This document shows, in pieces, positions 9,215 through 20,793 of a stretch of 27,150 nt of DNA. Positions within the stretch are counted from its first letter, which is position 1, and each line of letters begins with the position of its first letter. A model generated the notes under the pieces. The model was not told the DNA's origin. It was given only the letters and a program-made list of their open reading frames with translations, and ran no database searches. The translations under genes and the position numbers were made by a program. Origin of the DNA: Amoeboradix gromovi X-113. Taxonomy: Eukaryota > Fungi > Sanchytriomycota. The stretch covers positions 1 through 27,150 of the forward strand of contig JADGIF010000049.1 of NCBI GenBank assembly GCA_018985225.1, in the 5' to 3' direction.

Positions 9215-9517
9215 TGGGGACATGCTCTGTAAAAACTAGACTAGACAATTTGTATCGAAATTTCAAAAATAAATATTCTGTACAGCTATTCTCTTACTCT
9301 TTCATCCAATCTTTATTTCAAATAAAATATCTTAGATGCTCAAAGACCTCATATATTTGAACGAGATGCAGGGTCTTCTAGTTTTATTTTGAAAAGAGGA
9401 ACACAATAAATGAAAGAAAATTGGTTTGAAAGAAGATCTTTTATTAATGATAGTATTTCCTCCGTATGATGCACCTTTAAAAACGAGTTAGTCTAGTTTT
9501 TATATTTGGTGTCCCCA
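9215..9517. mobile_element. MITE, TGGGACA family (deletion derivative)
   Basis: Inverted termini TGGGGACA...TGTCCCCA. The interior aligns in reverse with about 17800-17985 and 18090-18154, and directly with 7530-7699. Confidence 0.8.
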
Positions 9518-10707
9518 TTGTTTTCATGAGCAAATTAAAAGTTGTTTTATATAAATTTAGCATAAACAGTAAAAGACGAACGGGGCGCGTCGCTAAGTGA
9601 TCAAATTTTTGGATAGTCTTAGAAAATCAAGTGCCAAATGCTTTAAACCATTTATTCTAAATTCCTGATGCATAAGTAAACTAATGAAAGTTAAGAAAAA
9701 AATGGAGTATGTTGGGTGATGAATTTGCTTTGTTTTCAGTCTTTTGTGTTCGTCGTATTGCTAGATCTCTCTCACTGCGAAGGCCTCTATAGAATAGATA
9801 CTGTTTTGGATCCTTTTTTGAATGAAAGTTTTATTTTGTAGTGACATGTTAGGAGTATCAAATAAACAGATTTGTCGCTAGGATTTCTCATGACAATCGG
9901 CACGCCTTAAAAGCATCATGATACAGCGCCATTATGATGGCTCTCTATTTCAAAGTTTAATGTAAAGGCTCGTTTTGTCTGGTGTTAACCTATTCGTCAA
10001 TGCTTTGGAATAAAATTAAGATAGATACTACTCTCGCATCGCCAGCTTTATTCAAAATAAATAGCCTCTAGAGATTGATAGATATCCAAATCATGTCAAA
10101 ATTTTAGAGAAACGAAGAGTACGTAAAAACCTATGAGGTCAGTCTATACTGATGAAAGGCTTGTTATCAAACATTTAGAAGAATCAGAACTATTTATAGA
10201 CAAGACCGACCGGTTTCATCTGAAATGCGTCAGATCTAGGCAATTATATATAAAAGGTCATCAACATGAATTAACATACCTTACAAACTACGAGCAGTCT
10301 TCAATTCACATACACAAAAAGAGAAAGCGAAACTAAAATTATGTCAAGGAGATCGATTAAATGGGGAATGGCCGTGTAGCACACGTTGAAGCTAGATCCA
10401 GTTACTTATACATTGCTGTTAAAAAGTCGCTAAAGTGTACAAACAACGATTTTAGATCAATAAGTACCCAAAAAACTTTATAAATGGAAGAACGATGTGA
10501 ACGGTGAAGAGAGGGAAAAAAGGATAGCTGGGATATGAGTCAATCATTGTACTTTAGTCGTTGTCAGAATGCTAGAACCGGATAGTACCGGAGGGCTGTA
10601 GGCACAGCTACATTAGAAAACCATTATGGCAATATTCAAAGGAATACATTCAACAATTGTAGGGATACGAGAAATCGGCTGCTGAAAAATAGCAGTGAAG
10701 TTATAAA

Positions 10708-11622
10708 TTATTGAGAATGTTTTTTATTTCTTGTTTTTAAGGGACTTAAAGAATCAGGAGCCACATTTAGGGACATCTCTACAACTTGCAAAGCCATTGG
10801 CAAATCCATGCTGACAAGCAACAGGGGTGCTTCTATAAGGCCATTCTCGCCATCTTTACGAGGAGGCAAAGAGGTGCACTCTACGTTGACACTCACCAAT
10901 AAATCGCTGTAAAATTGGATGATTATATATATGCGAAGAAGATAAATTATAGGACTTATAGAAAAATCGACAGGAAACTGAAACCGAACAATAGCCATAA
11001 CTACATCCAGGAATATAACAGCTACACAGGTTATCTTTAAATGAAACCCAATTTTAAGTAAAACGGCTTGTTTGTACTCGAGGATAAAATTCAACTTTTT
11101 AATCAAAATCAAAAACATCGCAATTTCTACGATTGTTATACACACAGAAAACACTGAACTGCTTATGACAAAGTAGTGATATTTGACGTCATCAATACTT
11201 TCGATGTTGAGACGAGCAAGGTTTATTACTAAATTGGGGAGCTGCATTATTGCAACAACAACTGGAGAATACTTAAGATATCTATCTATCGTACCGTATG
11301 TTCCAAGAGATTGTATTCGCAAAACATAGAGCCATATCACGACTTGCACCATAAAAAACCAAATAATATTCATAGGAATATTTATCAAGTACCAATCTCG
11401 TAGAGAATGAGATGTATATCTTGTGCTGTTACCATCAACTACAAATATGTTCACTATTGTTAGACAAGACTCAAGATAGCATAAAATGAGACCTGTAACA
11501 ATTAATAAGTAAATTTTGCTAGTTTTTAATGCAAACACAGTATAAGCATGCAACATATACTGTAGAAACAAGCATGTAGCCCCACCCCAACATGCAATAA
11601 AGACAAGAACATTTGTATTCAT
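10708..11622 (-). CDS. Multi-pass (about 7 TM) membrane protein, receptor-like
   Basis: About seven hydrophobic segments followed by a polar tail; first ATG at 11622. Family assignment is uncertain. Confidence 0.7.
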   Translation of the reverse strand: MNTNVLVFIACWGGATCLFLQYMLHAYTVFALKTSKIYLLIVTGLILCYLESCLTIVNIFVVDGNSTRYTSHSLRDWYLINIPMNIIWFFMVQVVIWLYVLRIQSLGTYGTIDRYLKYSPVVVAIMQLPNLVINLARLNIESIDDVKYHYFVISSSVFSVCITIVEIAMFLILIKKLNFILEYKQAVLLKIGFHLKITCVAVIFLDVVMAIVRFQFPVDFSISPIIYLLRIYIIIQFYSDLLVSVNVECTSLPPRKDGENGLIEAPLLLVSMDLPMALQVVEMSLNVAPDSLSPLKTRNKKHSQ

Positions 11623-12011
11623 TTCAGTAGCCAAAGAAATCAAGTATATTTATGCTTCACGGGGATGAAGCAAAAGGTTATTGTTGTAGCATATGGCTCA
11701 GGCTTCTATCTACTCTACGTTAACTGCACCATATACTATAAAAATAACAAAATTTTAAATATGAGAGCACTAAAGGCATAAATATTACTCTCGTAGTCGT
11801 TATCCATACTTTTTAAAAAACTATTAGGTTGAGAATCCATTACGTTGTGCTGCTTACCGTAGAATTATTGAAAAAATTATGAGCTTCAAGAACTGTCTCA
11901 CGCAGTTGAACTCATAAAGTATGGTTAAAAAAGAACAACTGATAACAGTAACTGATTTGGTGCCATACATGGCTTAGTATCTGCTGCTTCTCTAAGTCAA
12001 ATAATTAAGTG

Positions 12012-13113
12012 GCAAGTCTGGAAAAGTGTTTCTGAAAATTCTCTGCACTAAGAACGGACTTCTAGAGTATTACAACAGCTTCGCTAGCAGCTGAACAAGG
12101 TGCAATAAATTATTTCTTGTCAAAATAGCTCTGAGGGCCATTTTCAGAAACTTTTGCTTGCCCTCCTAAATCATACTGATCTGTCTGAGAACCGTCTAAA
12201 AGCCGTCTAAACACAATCTCACAGGTCTGTCCTTGAAAAACTTTGGAATAAAAGGGCAGCATGGGACATGTGTATACAATGATTTATTTTACTCTAGCAA
12301 CAGCAACTCCTCTATCTCAAACAATATCTAGTATAGCTCAAAAAGTAACTCTACTTCCACCACCAGACATGCAATTCAAGCAGATCTCAGCCTCTGGAAT
12401 CCATGCTTGCGGGGTAGGGTCCACTGGCCAGGTATTCTGTTGGTTGACAAACGGTTCTGTCACAGGCCACAAAAAGCCCGTGCAGATCGACGGGTATGTC
12501 AAGCAAGTCACCCTATCCGGAGCCAAAGCCTGTGCAGTAACAGACTCAAAAGCAATCTCTTGCACTACAGACATTTACAACTCAAAATGGAAACGCATTG
12601 CCGGAGGACTGGACACTATCGATCTCGACGGTGACAAGATATGCGGAACAATAGGGCACGATATTTACTGTGGAGCGCTGTCCAAGTTTTTGGCAAGGAT
12701 GCCTGGATACGATTGGCAGCTACTGGGCGGTTATCTAGTGCAGGTTTCCGTCTCCGGTTCTCAAGCATGTGGTGTAAATGAAAGTAACCAGATCTTCTGT
12801 AGCTATGATATCGATAGCGCTGCCGGAGCCGATTGGAAGATAGTCCCCGGCTTGGCGAAGCAAGTGGAAGTCAAGGGCACAATGACCTGCGTTGTCACAT
12901 TGAAGGATGAGGTGGCATGCGCACCATTCAAGACCTCGAACTGGAAGAAGGCAAAGTCCAAATACATAAAATACATAGCCATGGATGATGAACAGAGGGT
13001 TTACGGAATCAACAAGTTTAACAAGGCCTCCCAAGTTCTTATGCAATAAATACATGAAATACTACATACTGCTTGTACGCAATCGCATCAGTTCTGACTG
13101 ATGGTTGCATTGG
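12012..13113 (+). repeat. Inverted segmental duplication of 19769-20876
   Basis: Continuous alignment covering the last ~27 codons of the PP2A B'' gene, the intergenic DNA, the lectin gene and 64 bp of 3' flank. Confidence 0.95.
12279..13049 (+). CDS. Secreted tectonin-like beta-propeller lectin, paralog A
   Basis: Six repeats of W-x-x-(I/V/L)-x-G-x-x-x-Q-V-x-V...(A/T)C(G/V)V...I-x-C. The ATG shared with paralog B (MIYFTL) is the likely start. Confidence 0.8.
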   Translation: MIYFTLATATPLSQTISSIAQKVTLLPPPDMQFKQISASGIHACGVGSTGQVFCWLTNGSVTGHKKPVQIDGYVKQVTLSGAKACAVTDSKAISCTTDIYNSKWKRIAGGLDTIDLDGDKICGTIGHDIYCGALSKFLARMPGYDWQLLGGYLVQVSVSGSQACGVNESNQIFCSYDIDSAAGADWKIVPGLAKQVEVKGTMTCVVTLKDEVACAPFKTSNWKKAKSKYIKYIAMDDEQRVYGINKFNKASQVLMQ

Positions 13114-13267
13114 AGGCTAAGAAATTACTGCATCTCGTAGACTGCTGTTGAGCATCTCCGAACTATTGCACGCTTTAGCGTCTTGACTTAGATATTGCTG
13201 CTGATCCGTCACTAAAATCACCAAGGAGCTACAATAGGTCGCACTATGATTTGTATGTAAGAAACTT

Positions 13268-14709
13268 TTATTTATCATTTGCAATCTCATGAATATAGGC
13301 AGTCATCAGTTTGATCCCTTCTATGTAGTTGTATTTATCAATCTTTTCGTTGATAGAATGCGCTCCATCATCACATGCCCCCCTATATTATTAAATGAAT
13401 ACATTGGCAATAATAACACATCCTTCTTCAAGGCTTCTTGAAATGTGAGTGTAACTGGAATGGATCCTCCCTCTCTGGTGTAGTCTGGTGTGACTCCAAA
13501 AACTCTTTCAACAGCTCTTGTACCTGCTCTAAAATTGCCATTATTAATATCTGCTAACCAGGATCTACCAGCATGATGGGAATGCAAAGTCATCTTGTTT
13601 TTAGATTTTAATTTTACAAATTCATCATTAATGTACTTATGGACAAGTTCATTAATCTCTTGAGGAGACTGGTCAGGAACAGTTCTGATACTAAACTTTC
13701 CTTTGACCTTTGCTGGAATTACAGTTTTGGCTCCACTACTAAAGAATGCACCCTCAATTCCATGCAAACTTAAAGAAGGATGTCGCCATTTACCCATTAA
13801 GATGCGCTTCTTATCATCTGATAATGTTATTTCTCTGTTGCCCAAAGAAGACTTAAAATCAGATAAACTGAAATCAATCTTATTGTAAATCTCATTTTCT
13901 GCCTCTGTGACCTTGCGAACGCTGTCTAAAATACCTGGAATCAGTATATCGCCCTGAGGTGTCACCAGTTTACTAAGTAGATGAATCAAATCTGTCATTG
14001 GTTCATGGATTGTTCCGCCAAAAACACCAGAATGTAAATCTGCAGCAGGACCGTCAACTTCGAGTGAGAAGTAACTTACACCTCTTAGACCATAGGTGAG
14101 ACAAGGCTTTTTTTTACCAAGCCAATAGTTGTCACTAATACAAACAAAATCAACGGATCTGAAGTACTTTTGAGACTCGGCAATAATGAGAGCATCTAGT
14201 CCCTCACTTCCACTTTCCTCCATGCCCTCAAAGCAGAACTTAAAATTCACAGGAATGTCCTTCTTAAGCTTTAAATGAGCCTCAATTGAAAGCAACCAGC
14301 CAAGCACTGGGCCTTTATCATCTGAGGCACCACGGCCAACAAGTCTGCCATCTTCAGCCAAAAACAATTTAAATGGATCAGTTGACCATCCATCGTTTTC
14401 TTTATCAGCTGGTTGAACGTCGTAATGGCCATAAACCAATAAGGTTTTTTTGTTTGGATCATTTCCCAAAGTGCCTAGGATAATAGGTGGAAGGTCTATT
14501 TCTTTACCCTCCAATTGCTGTTTACCAGGATATCTTAGCTCGGAATCGATTCCTAAGGAATTCATGAACGACTGAAGCCATTTACCCATTTGATGCACAA
14601 ATGGTCGATGTTCTACCGTACCACTTACTGATGGGATTTCTACTGCTTCCTTTAATTTCTGAATGGCGTCAGACTCATGTTGCTGGATGTAGGCAAATAA
14701 CTGTTCCAT
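13268..14709 (-). CDS. DUG1: Cys-Gly metallodipeptidase (M20 family, Dug1/CNDP2); intron 13383-13402
   Basis: YGHYDVQPA, GRGASDDKGP, EGMEESGS, DLHSG and REGGSIP motifs. Removing a 20-nt GT-AG intron restores LLLPMGACDDGAHSINEK...EIANDK*. Confidence 0.93.
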
Positions 14710-15335
14710 GGAGTTTTATTAGATAATTATTGCAAATTAAGTTTGAAAATTTATACTGAACAAGTCTTATTAAAAAGTCGGGGTTTCTTAGAAAACAGAG
14801 TTTTCATAAAAATTTAGAAACGCTAATCCATTGCAAAAGCTTCTCACGCTCTCACTGCCCTAAGATGATGGGATTTGATAATACTGCATATATTTAAAGT
14901 GTATGTTCCTAGCTACCATAGGTCTCTAGGTTCTTGTAAATGGTAACTTACACAAGAGTATGTCTCTAGACTGTTGCTTTAAAATACCAATCAATACACG
15001 TTTAACCAGTAAATCTCTTTTTTATTCCACGAGTGTCTTTCTTCTTTCACTTGACCATAATTTCATTTTTTAACTATTTTTGAGTGTCAAGACCACATTG
15101 CGCCTCTCCTCTTGACTTCTTAGTGTTTTATATACCGAGCTGTGGTGACTTGTGATATCTGTCAGATAAAAAGAAAGAGTATCGAAGTTCTCAGAAAAGA
15201 CTACATTGGAGCGAAAGATTTCATCCTCCCTGACAAATAATCTATTTAATTAGAATCCGTACTAATTTTGAATCAAATCAAATTACAATCCTGCATAGTA
15301 GCAAATAAGATATCATCTATTTATTTACAAACATA

Positions 15336-17583
15336 TCATGTACAGCACATCCATTTGTTCCTTACCACCTTTACCATTAGCCAATGTTTGTAGCCAGGCA
15401 GCAATATTTTATGCCTAAAACTTATAGTTTGCATTTCTTTATCGTAATTTAATGTTCCATCACTTACGGTTATGTTTAATTCAAAATGTTCATATTGAAA
15501 GAGTGGCATATATATCAAGGTCTCCATATGGCAGTTGTCAATTGATGCATTGCTTTGTTTCCTACTAGGCGCTAATATCTCAACAGTATTAGTTATGATT
15601 GCTACTAGCGGATTCTCATTCCCGAGTGGGTTTCTGAATTCAAGGTAGTAGTCCATGGTGGACATTTTGAAGTACTGGTTAAGAGGTTCGCCAGCGATGC
15701 GAGTTGCATATGGTCTTATAACAGCTTCTAAGACTCTACCGCCCTTGAAATGATTTATTGAACTTGTAGGGAGATCAAATGGACTGAGTAAAACATCCTC
15801 TTTTGCTTGCTTAGCAGGCGAATGGGTTCTGTTTCTCTTTCTGTTTGAATCTGTACGCTGCCTAGCATGATGCTGCTCATTGAATATGCTGAAATCCTCA
15901 CCATTCCAATGATCACCATGCTTCACGCTGTTGTTTACATTGTAATTCCATAATCTAAGTTAACTAGAAATACGTGAAGTGCATGAAATTAGATTCCATA
16001 GCATAGAGAATTGCATCCAGGAAGTTGCAGTGGTTTTTATAATTCCCCTTTAATATTTCTTTATTATTTATATCAAAAGGTATACCACATTCACCGCAGA
16101 TGGTGGGTATATTGTTCAAGTTACCCTCCAACTGCAGATTTTTGACTTGAGTTTGAAAATTAAGTTTAGCTCCACCAAGTCCAAAATACATTGAATTAAA
16201 TATGTTTTTGCCACTTCGCAATCCAGGCACATCAAAAGTAACATAACCTTTGAATTGTTTGTTAAATACGGATTGCAACTCATACCAATGCGGCGCAAAT
16301 ATCAGATTATTTATATTCTTATCAAATATTGGTGCAGGCTGCCCCGGAATGGGTTCAAAGAAGATGAAAAGATTGGGGTTTACTACGTGTATACTATCTG
16401 CACATTTCTCAATGAACGGTGCATAAAAGTCTTGATTGAAGTCTACTTTGAGTCCTGTTGCGGGGTGTTTATAAAAATAGTCATTTTTTAGAAGTTTTAC
16501 CCTTCCATCGACAACATCCCATACTCCATGCTGTTTCCATATACACTCCTTTCCGACTAGCCATGCTTTGGCCCTATTTGCATTGAGTACAGTTGTTCCC
16601 ACCTTCTTACTCGGATATGGCCAAGATTTGACATAAAGATCAACATTTTGGGGTATTCCCATTCCAAGGGCAAATTGCTGGAGCGGGGAAGGACATTCAC
16701 CCAGCATTAGATGATCATAGTAATTTAGCTCTAACAAACTGTGCATACCAATGTAGCCAGTGTGTGGTTCATTTAGACACTCATAGCCGATTACGTTCTT
16801 ACAATCAGCAAGATGAACAGCGAGGTATTTGTATGCGTTAATAAAGTGATCTTGTAAGTAATCTTGTATGTTTACTCCGTCAACGAGGTATTTAGGGGCG
16901 AAAGTCTTCCCCGCAAAGAAGAGTGTAAACATTGTTGCTGAAGCTAATTTAGATGCATTAGTGGGCCATAGCATCTGACTGGACTGTTTATCACTTATAA
17001 AATTGAGCGTATCGTGGCTCATTCTATTTGAATCTGGAATCAAGTCACCGCTGATAGGATCGATCGCAGAGGACATTTCGTGAAGAATAGCAGCACCACA
17101 ATCCTCAAAGTTATGGATATTCATACCACTGACTTCAAATACCCACCCAGGGGCACCGGAACCACCACTAAAGCGGCTAAAGGTATCTTGGTGGGGGTCA
17201 ATAAATACAGATATACGATAATCGTTAGCTATATTTATAATCTCCTTGATGTATTTTATAAATTCAATATCATATTTTCCCGGTCCACTATGCTCTATCG
17301 CTTCCCAAGGAACAAGTAGCCTTACAAAAGTAAAGCCCCAGTGAAATAGCTTCTCAAAATGCTCTTTAGCTTTGCTCACAGGAAATGGACGATTTATAAA
17401 AGACACATTCTGGTGGTTGTAGAATTCCGGTCGTGATGGACAAATAGCGAACGGATTTATTGGTAATTTAGAATTCCCACCTAAATTCACACCTCTCATT
17501 TGAATTACACGTCCATGTTCATCTTTAAAGTACTTCTTTGTTACCCTAATTTTTGTTTGGCCAAGAGACTGAGCTGGTTGCAT
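15336..17583 (-). CDS. GH5 endoglycoceramidase-related glycosidase (EGCrP/Egh1-like); intron 15955-15973
   Basis: RGVNLGG, WEAIEH.GPG.YD, DPHQD..SRFSGGSGAP, NEP acid/base and GECGIP nucleophile motifs. A 19-nt intron joins two ORFs into HFTLWNY...GDHWNGEDFSIF. The start is uncertain because the frame is open further upstream. Confidence 0.92.
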
Positions 17584-17799
17584 CTTGAAATCTTGTTTGT
17601 GTTTCAAGGGCTCAGATATGATAAATTTTATTAGTCCAATTAATTCTTGGTAAGAAAATGAAAACAATATAAAGCAGACTGCAAGAGAACTTTAACCCGA
17701 TACAGTTTAAATTATTAAACCTATGTTACAAAGCTATCCCAAAGCTGAGCCTGTATGACAATTACGGCGTAATCACTTGGCTCCAAAGATGAAAGGCTA

Positions 17800-18284
17800 T
17801 GGGACACCAAATATAAAAACTAGACTAACTTGTTTTTAAAGAAGGTGCACCATACGGAGGGTATCATTAATAAAAGATCTTCTTCTGTTATACCAAGATT
17901 CTCTCATTGATTGTATTCCTCTTTTAAAATAAGACAAGATGACCCACTATCTCGTTCAAATATATGAGGTCTTTGAGCATCTAAGCAAAAGGTGCATTTT
18001 CTTAGACGGTGCTCTTTTCTAGAGTCATTTTGCAATGTTATACTAACATCATTACTCTTATCTATTCAAGTTTTTACAGAGTAATAGTGATATTTTATTT
18101 GAAATAAAGATTGGATGAAAGAGTAAGAGAATAGCTGTACAGAATATTTATTTTCCTTTTGTACTCGTCAACTCCACAACTAGCTGAATGTCCACTCGCC
18201 TCTTAAATTCATAAAGTAATAAAGCTGAAATAATGTTCCAACTTGTTATAGAAAGTTAGTCCAGTTTTTATATTTGATGTCTCA
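17800..18284. mobile_element. MITE with ~31-bp TIRs, most complete copy of the TGGGACA family
   Basis: TGGGACACCAAATATAAAAACTAGACTAACT ... AGTTAGTCCAGTTTTTATATTTGATGTCTCA, flanked by TA on both sides (or AT if the termini start at GGG); no ORF. Confidence 0.88.
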
Positions 18285-18692
18285 TATGTTGACTTCGTGA
18301 AATAAAATCAGAGAATTGAGATTTCCTGTGTACACATCAGCCTGATTGTAAAAGAACGGCGAGATTAGATGTCAAACGAGATATTTACAACTTATCTTCT
18401 TCCCGTTTAGGCATGATGAAAGACCAGAATGATTGTGAAAATGTTCACGCAACTGGTGGGTGATAAACCAGATGGGACCCTTCCAAAAATAAGTTCATCT
18501 AGTCCATGAAGCAGGTGGTAAACAGGGCAAGTGCAATCCGAAGTAGCATGTTATTGAGTTACTATACTCCAGATTTCTTATCATTATTTCATTTCAAAGT
18601 TCAAACCTCGTATCCATGAATAATAAACAAGTTATCTAATATTCCACACGGCTTTCTTTTGAAATTTACTTGGAAACTCAGGGCCATATCGC

Positions 18693-19676
18693 ATGGAGCC
18701 TGGATATTTGGACATCATATCAGACCAGAAAAATCAGATCAAAGATTTCAGGGATATGCTGAAGGCTGCAGATGATGTGTTTGATGAGGAAATGAACTCC
18801 AAGCTTATGGAATGGGAAATGGTATCGAAAACAAAGCAGAGCGAAATCGACAAATATAGACAAGATAACAAAGGTCTAGTGGAGGCACTGGCCAGCTGCC
18901 AAGTGGAGCTCTCGCACCTAATGGAGCTTAGCAATAACACGCACCACCTGGAGTCCGCTGTACTAAGCCTCCAGACTGAGCTGGATATGGAGCAGAGGAA
19001 AAGGATGCTGGAGTCATCAGAGCACATACGCACGATATCCCTGCTGGAATCAGAGTATCAAATAAAGATAAAGATGGTAGTAGAACGAGCCAAGGTGGAA
19101 ACGCAAAGCAACGAACTAAGAGTGACGGGAAACAGTTCCCATGACTTGGCCAGCAAATACCAAGAGCTTTGCATCCTGTACGACAGAACTACAAAGAAGG
19201 CAAAGGACCTGTCTCAGGAGCTGAAGGAGGCAAAGCATCAGGTATGCTGTCTGCAAAATGATTTGGATTTGTCACAGTATGCTGCAGCTCAGAAAACGAT
19301 AGTCTCAGACAAATGCTTGGGGGAGAACAAAGCCATAGCAAAAAAGTTCAGCAACCTGGAGCTGAAGATAGCCGAAATGCACAAAGCTATGGAGACAAGC
19401 ACCGCCGAGAGCCTTTTATCGCACAAGGCATCCCAAAAAACTATTTTCGAGTTACAAAACACCATCTCCGCCTTGCAGCTTGTCGTGGACGCAAGATCAA
19501 GTGCATCGGAGCTGAGGTTGAAGGCCTATTTGGAAGAAAGAAGAGAAATGGAGGTCGTTCTTGTTGAAGCCATGGCGCATGTCAAGAGCGAACTAGACCA
19601 TGACCTGACCGGAGAGTGGCATGAGAATGAGAAGATTTTGAAGTACGTCACTGCAGAAATCAAACACATCAACTAG
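18693..19676 (+). CDS. Coiled-coil protein, 327 aa
   Basis: Long ORF rich in E/K/L/Q/S with heptad character; no specific family recognised. Confidence 0.8.
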   Translation: MEPGYLDIISDQKNQIKDFRDMLKAADDVFDEEMNSKLMEWEMVSKTKQSEIDKYRQDNKGLVEALASCQVELSHLMELSNNTHHLESAVLSLQTELDMEQRKRMLESSEHIRTISLLESEYQIKIKMVVERAKVETQSNELRVTGNSSHDLASKYQELCILYDRTTKKAKDLSQELKEAKHQVCCLQNDLDLSQYAAAQKTIVSDKCLGENKAIAKKFSNLELKIAEMHKAMETSTAESLLSHKASQKTIFELQNTISALQLVVDARSSASELRLKAYLEERREMEVVLVEAMAHVKSELDHDLTGEWHENEKILKYVTAEIKHIN

Positions 19677-19832
19677 TAAATTTCTTCATAAACGAGTGCT
19701 CCTTGTCCGACTTATCCTGTGCACTGCGAAAGGGCGGGCCAGGCAAGTCTTGCTGCAAGTGATCAACCCCAATGCAACCATCAGTCAGAACTGATGCGAT
19801 TGCGTACAAGCAGTATGTAGCATTTCACGTAT

Positions 19833-20621
19833 TTATTGCATAAGAACTTGGGAGGCCTTTTTATCCTTGTTGATTCCGTAAACCCTCTGTTTATCATCCA
19901 TGGCTATGTATTCTATGTCTTTGAACGTTGACTTGTTCCAGTCCGAGGTCTTGAATGGTGCGCATGCCACCTCATTCTTCAATGTGACAACGCAGGTCAA
20001 TGGGCCCTTGACTTCCACTTGCTTCGCCAAGCCGGGTACTATCTTCCAATCGGCTCCGGCAGCGTTATCGATATCATCGCTACAGAAGATCTGGTTGCGT
20101 TTATTTACAACACATGCTTGAGAACCGGAGACGGAAACCTGCACTAGATCTAGATCAGGCACTAGAACTAGATCAGGCGCTAGATAACCGCCCAGTAGCT
20201 GCCAAGTGTATCCAGACTTCCTTGCCAAAAATTTGGACAGCGCTCCACAGTAAATATCGTGCCCTATTGTTCCGCATATCCTGTCACCGTCGAGATCGAT
20301 AGTGTCTAGTCCTCCGGCAATGGGTTTCCATTTTGAGTTGTAAATGTCTGTAGTGCAAGAGATTGCTTTTGAGTCTGTAACTACACAGGCTTTGGCTCCG
20401 GATAGGGTGACTTGCTTGGCAGACCAGTGGATCTGCACGGGCTTTGGGGAATCGTAGCCAACTAGGTGGGCCGACCAGCAGAATACCTCCCCCGTTGTCA
20501 CTACCCCGCAAGCATTGTCTCCAGATGCCGAGATCTGCTTGAATTCCATGTCTGGTGGTGGAGCTAGCGGAGTTGCTGTTTGGGCTAGAGGAGTCGCTGT
20601 TCCTAGAGTAAAATAAATCAT
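19833..20621 (-). CDS. Secreted tectonin-like beta-propeller lectin, paralog B
   Basis: Close paralog of 12279-13049 with a 36-nt in-frame repeat insertion at 20145-20180. Confidence 0.8.
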   Translation of the reverse strand: MIYFTLGTATPLAQTATPLAPPPDMEFKQISASGDNACGVVTTGEVFCWSAHLVGYDSPKPVQIHWSAKQVTLSGAKACVVTDSKAISCTTDIYNSKWKPIAGGLDTIDLDGDRICGTIGHDIYCGALSKFLARKSGYTWQLLGGYLAPDLVLVPDLDLVQVSVSGSQACVVNKRNQIFCSDDIDNAAGADWKIVPGLAKQVEVKGPLTCVVTLKNEVACAPFKTSDWNKSTFKDIEYIAMDDKQRVYGINKDKKASQVLMQ

Positions 20622-20793
20622 TGTATACAAATTCCTCTGCTGCCCTTTTATTCCAAAGTTTTTCAAGATCAGACCTGTGAGATTATTTTTAGACGGTTCT
20701 CAGACAGATCAGTATGATTTAAGAGGGCAAGCAAAAGCTTTTGAAAATGGCCCTCAAAGCTATTTTGACAAGAAATGATTTATTGCACCTTGT

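Noticed and set aside
10133-10336. 67-aa ORF and surrounding stop-riddled frames
   Set aside because: No recognisable motif; possibly a decayed gene but unsupported.
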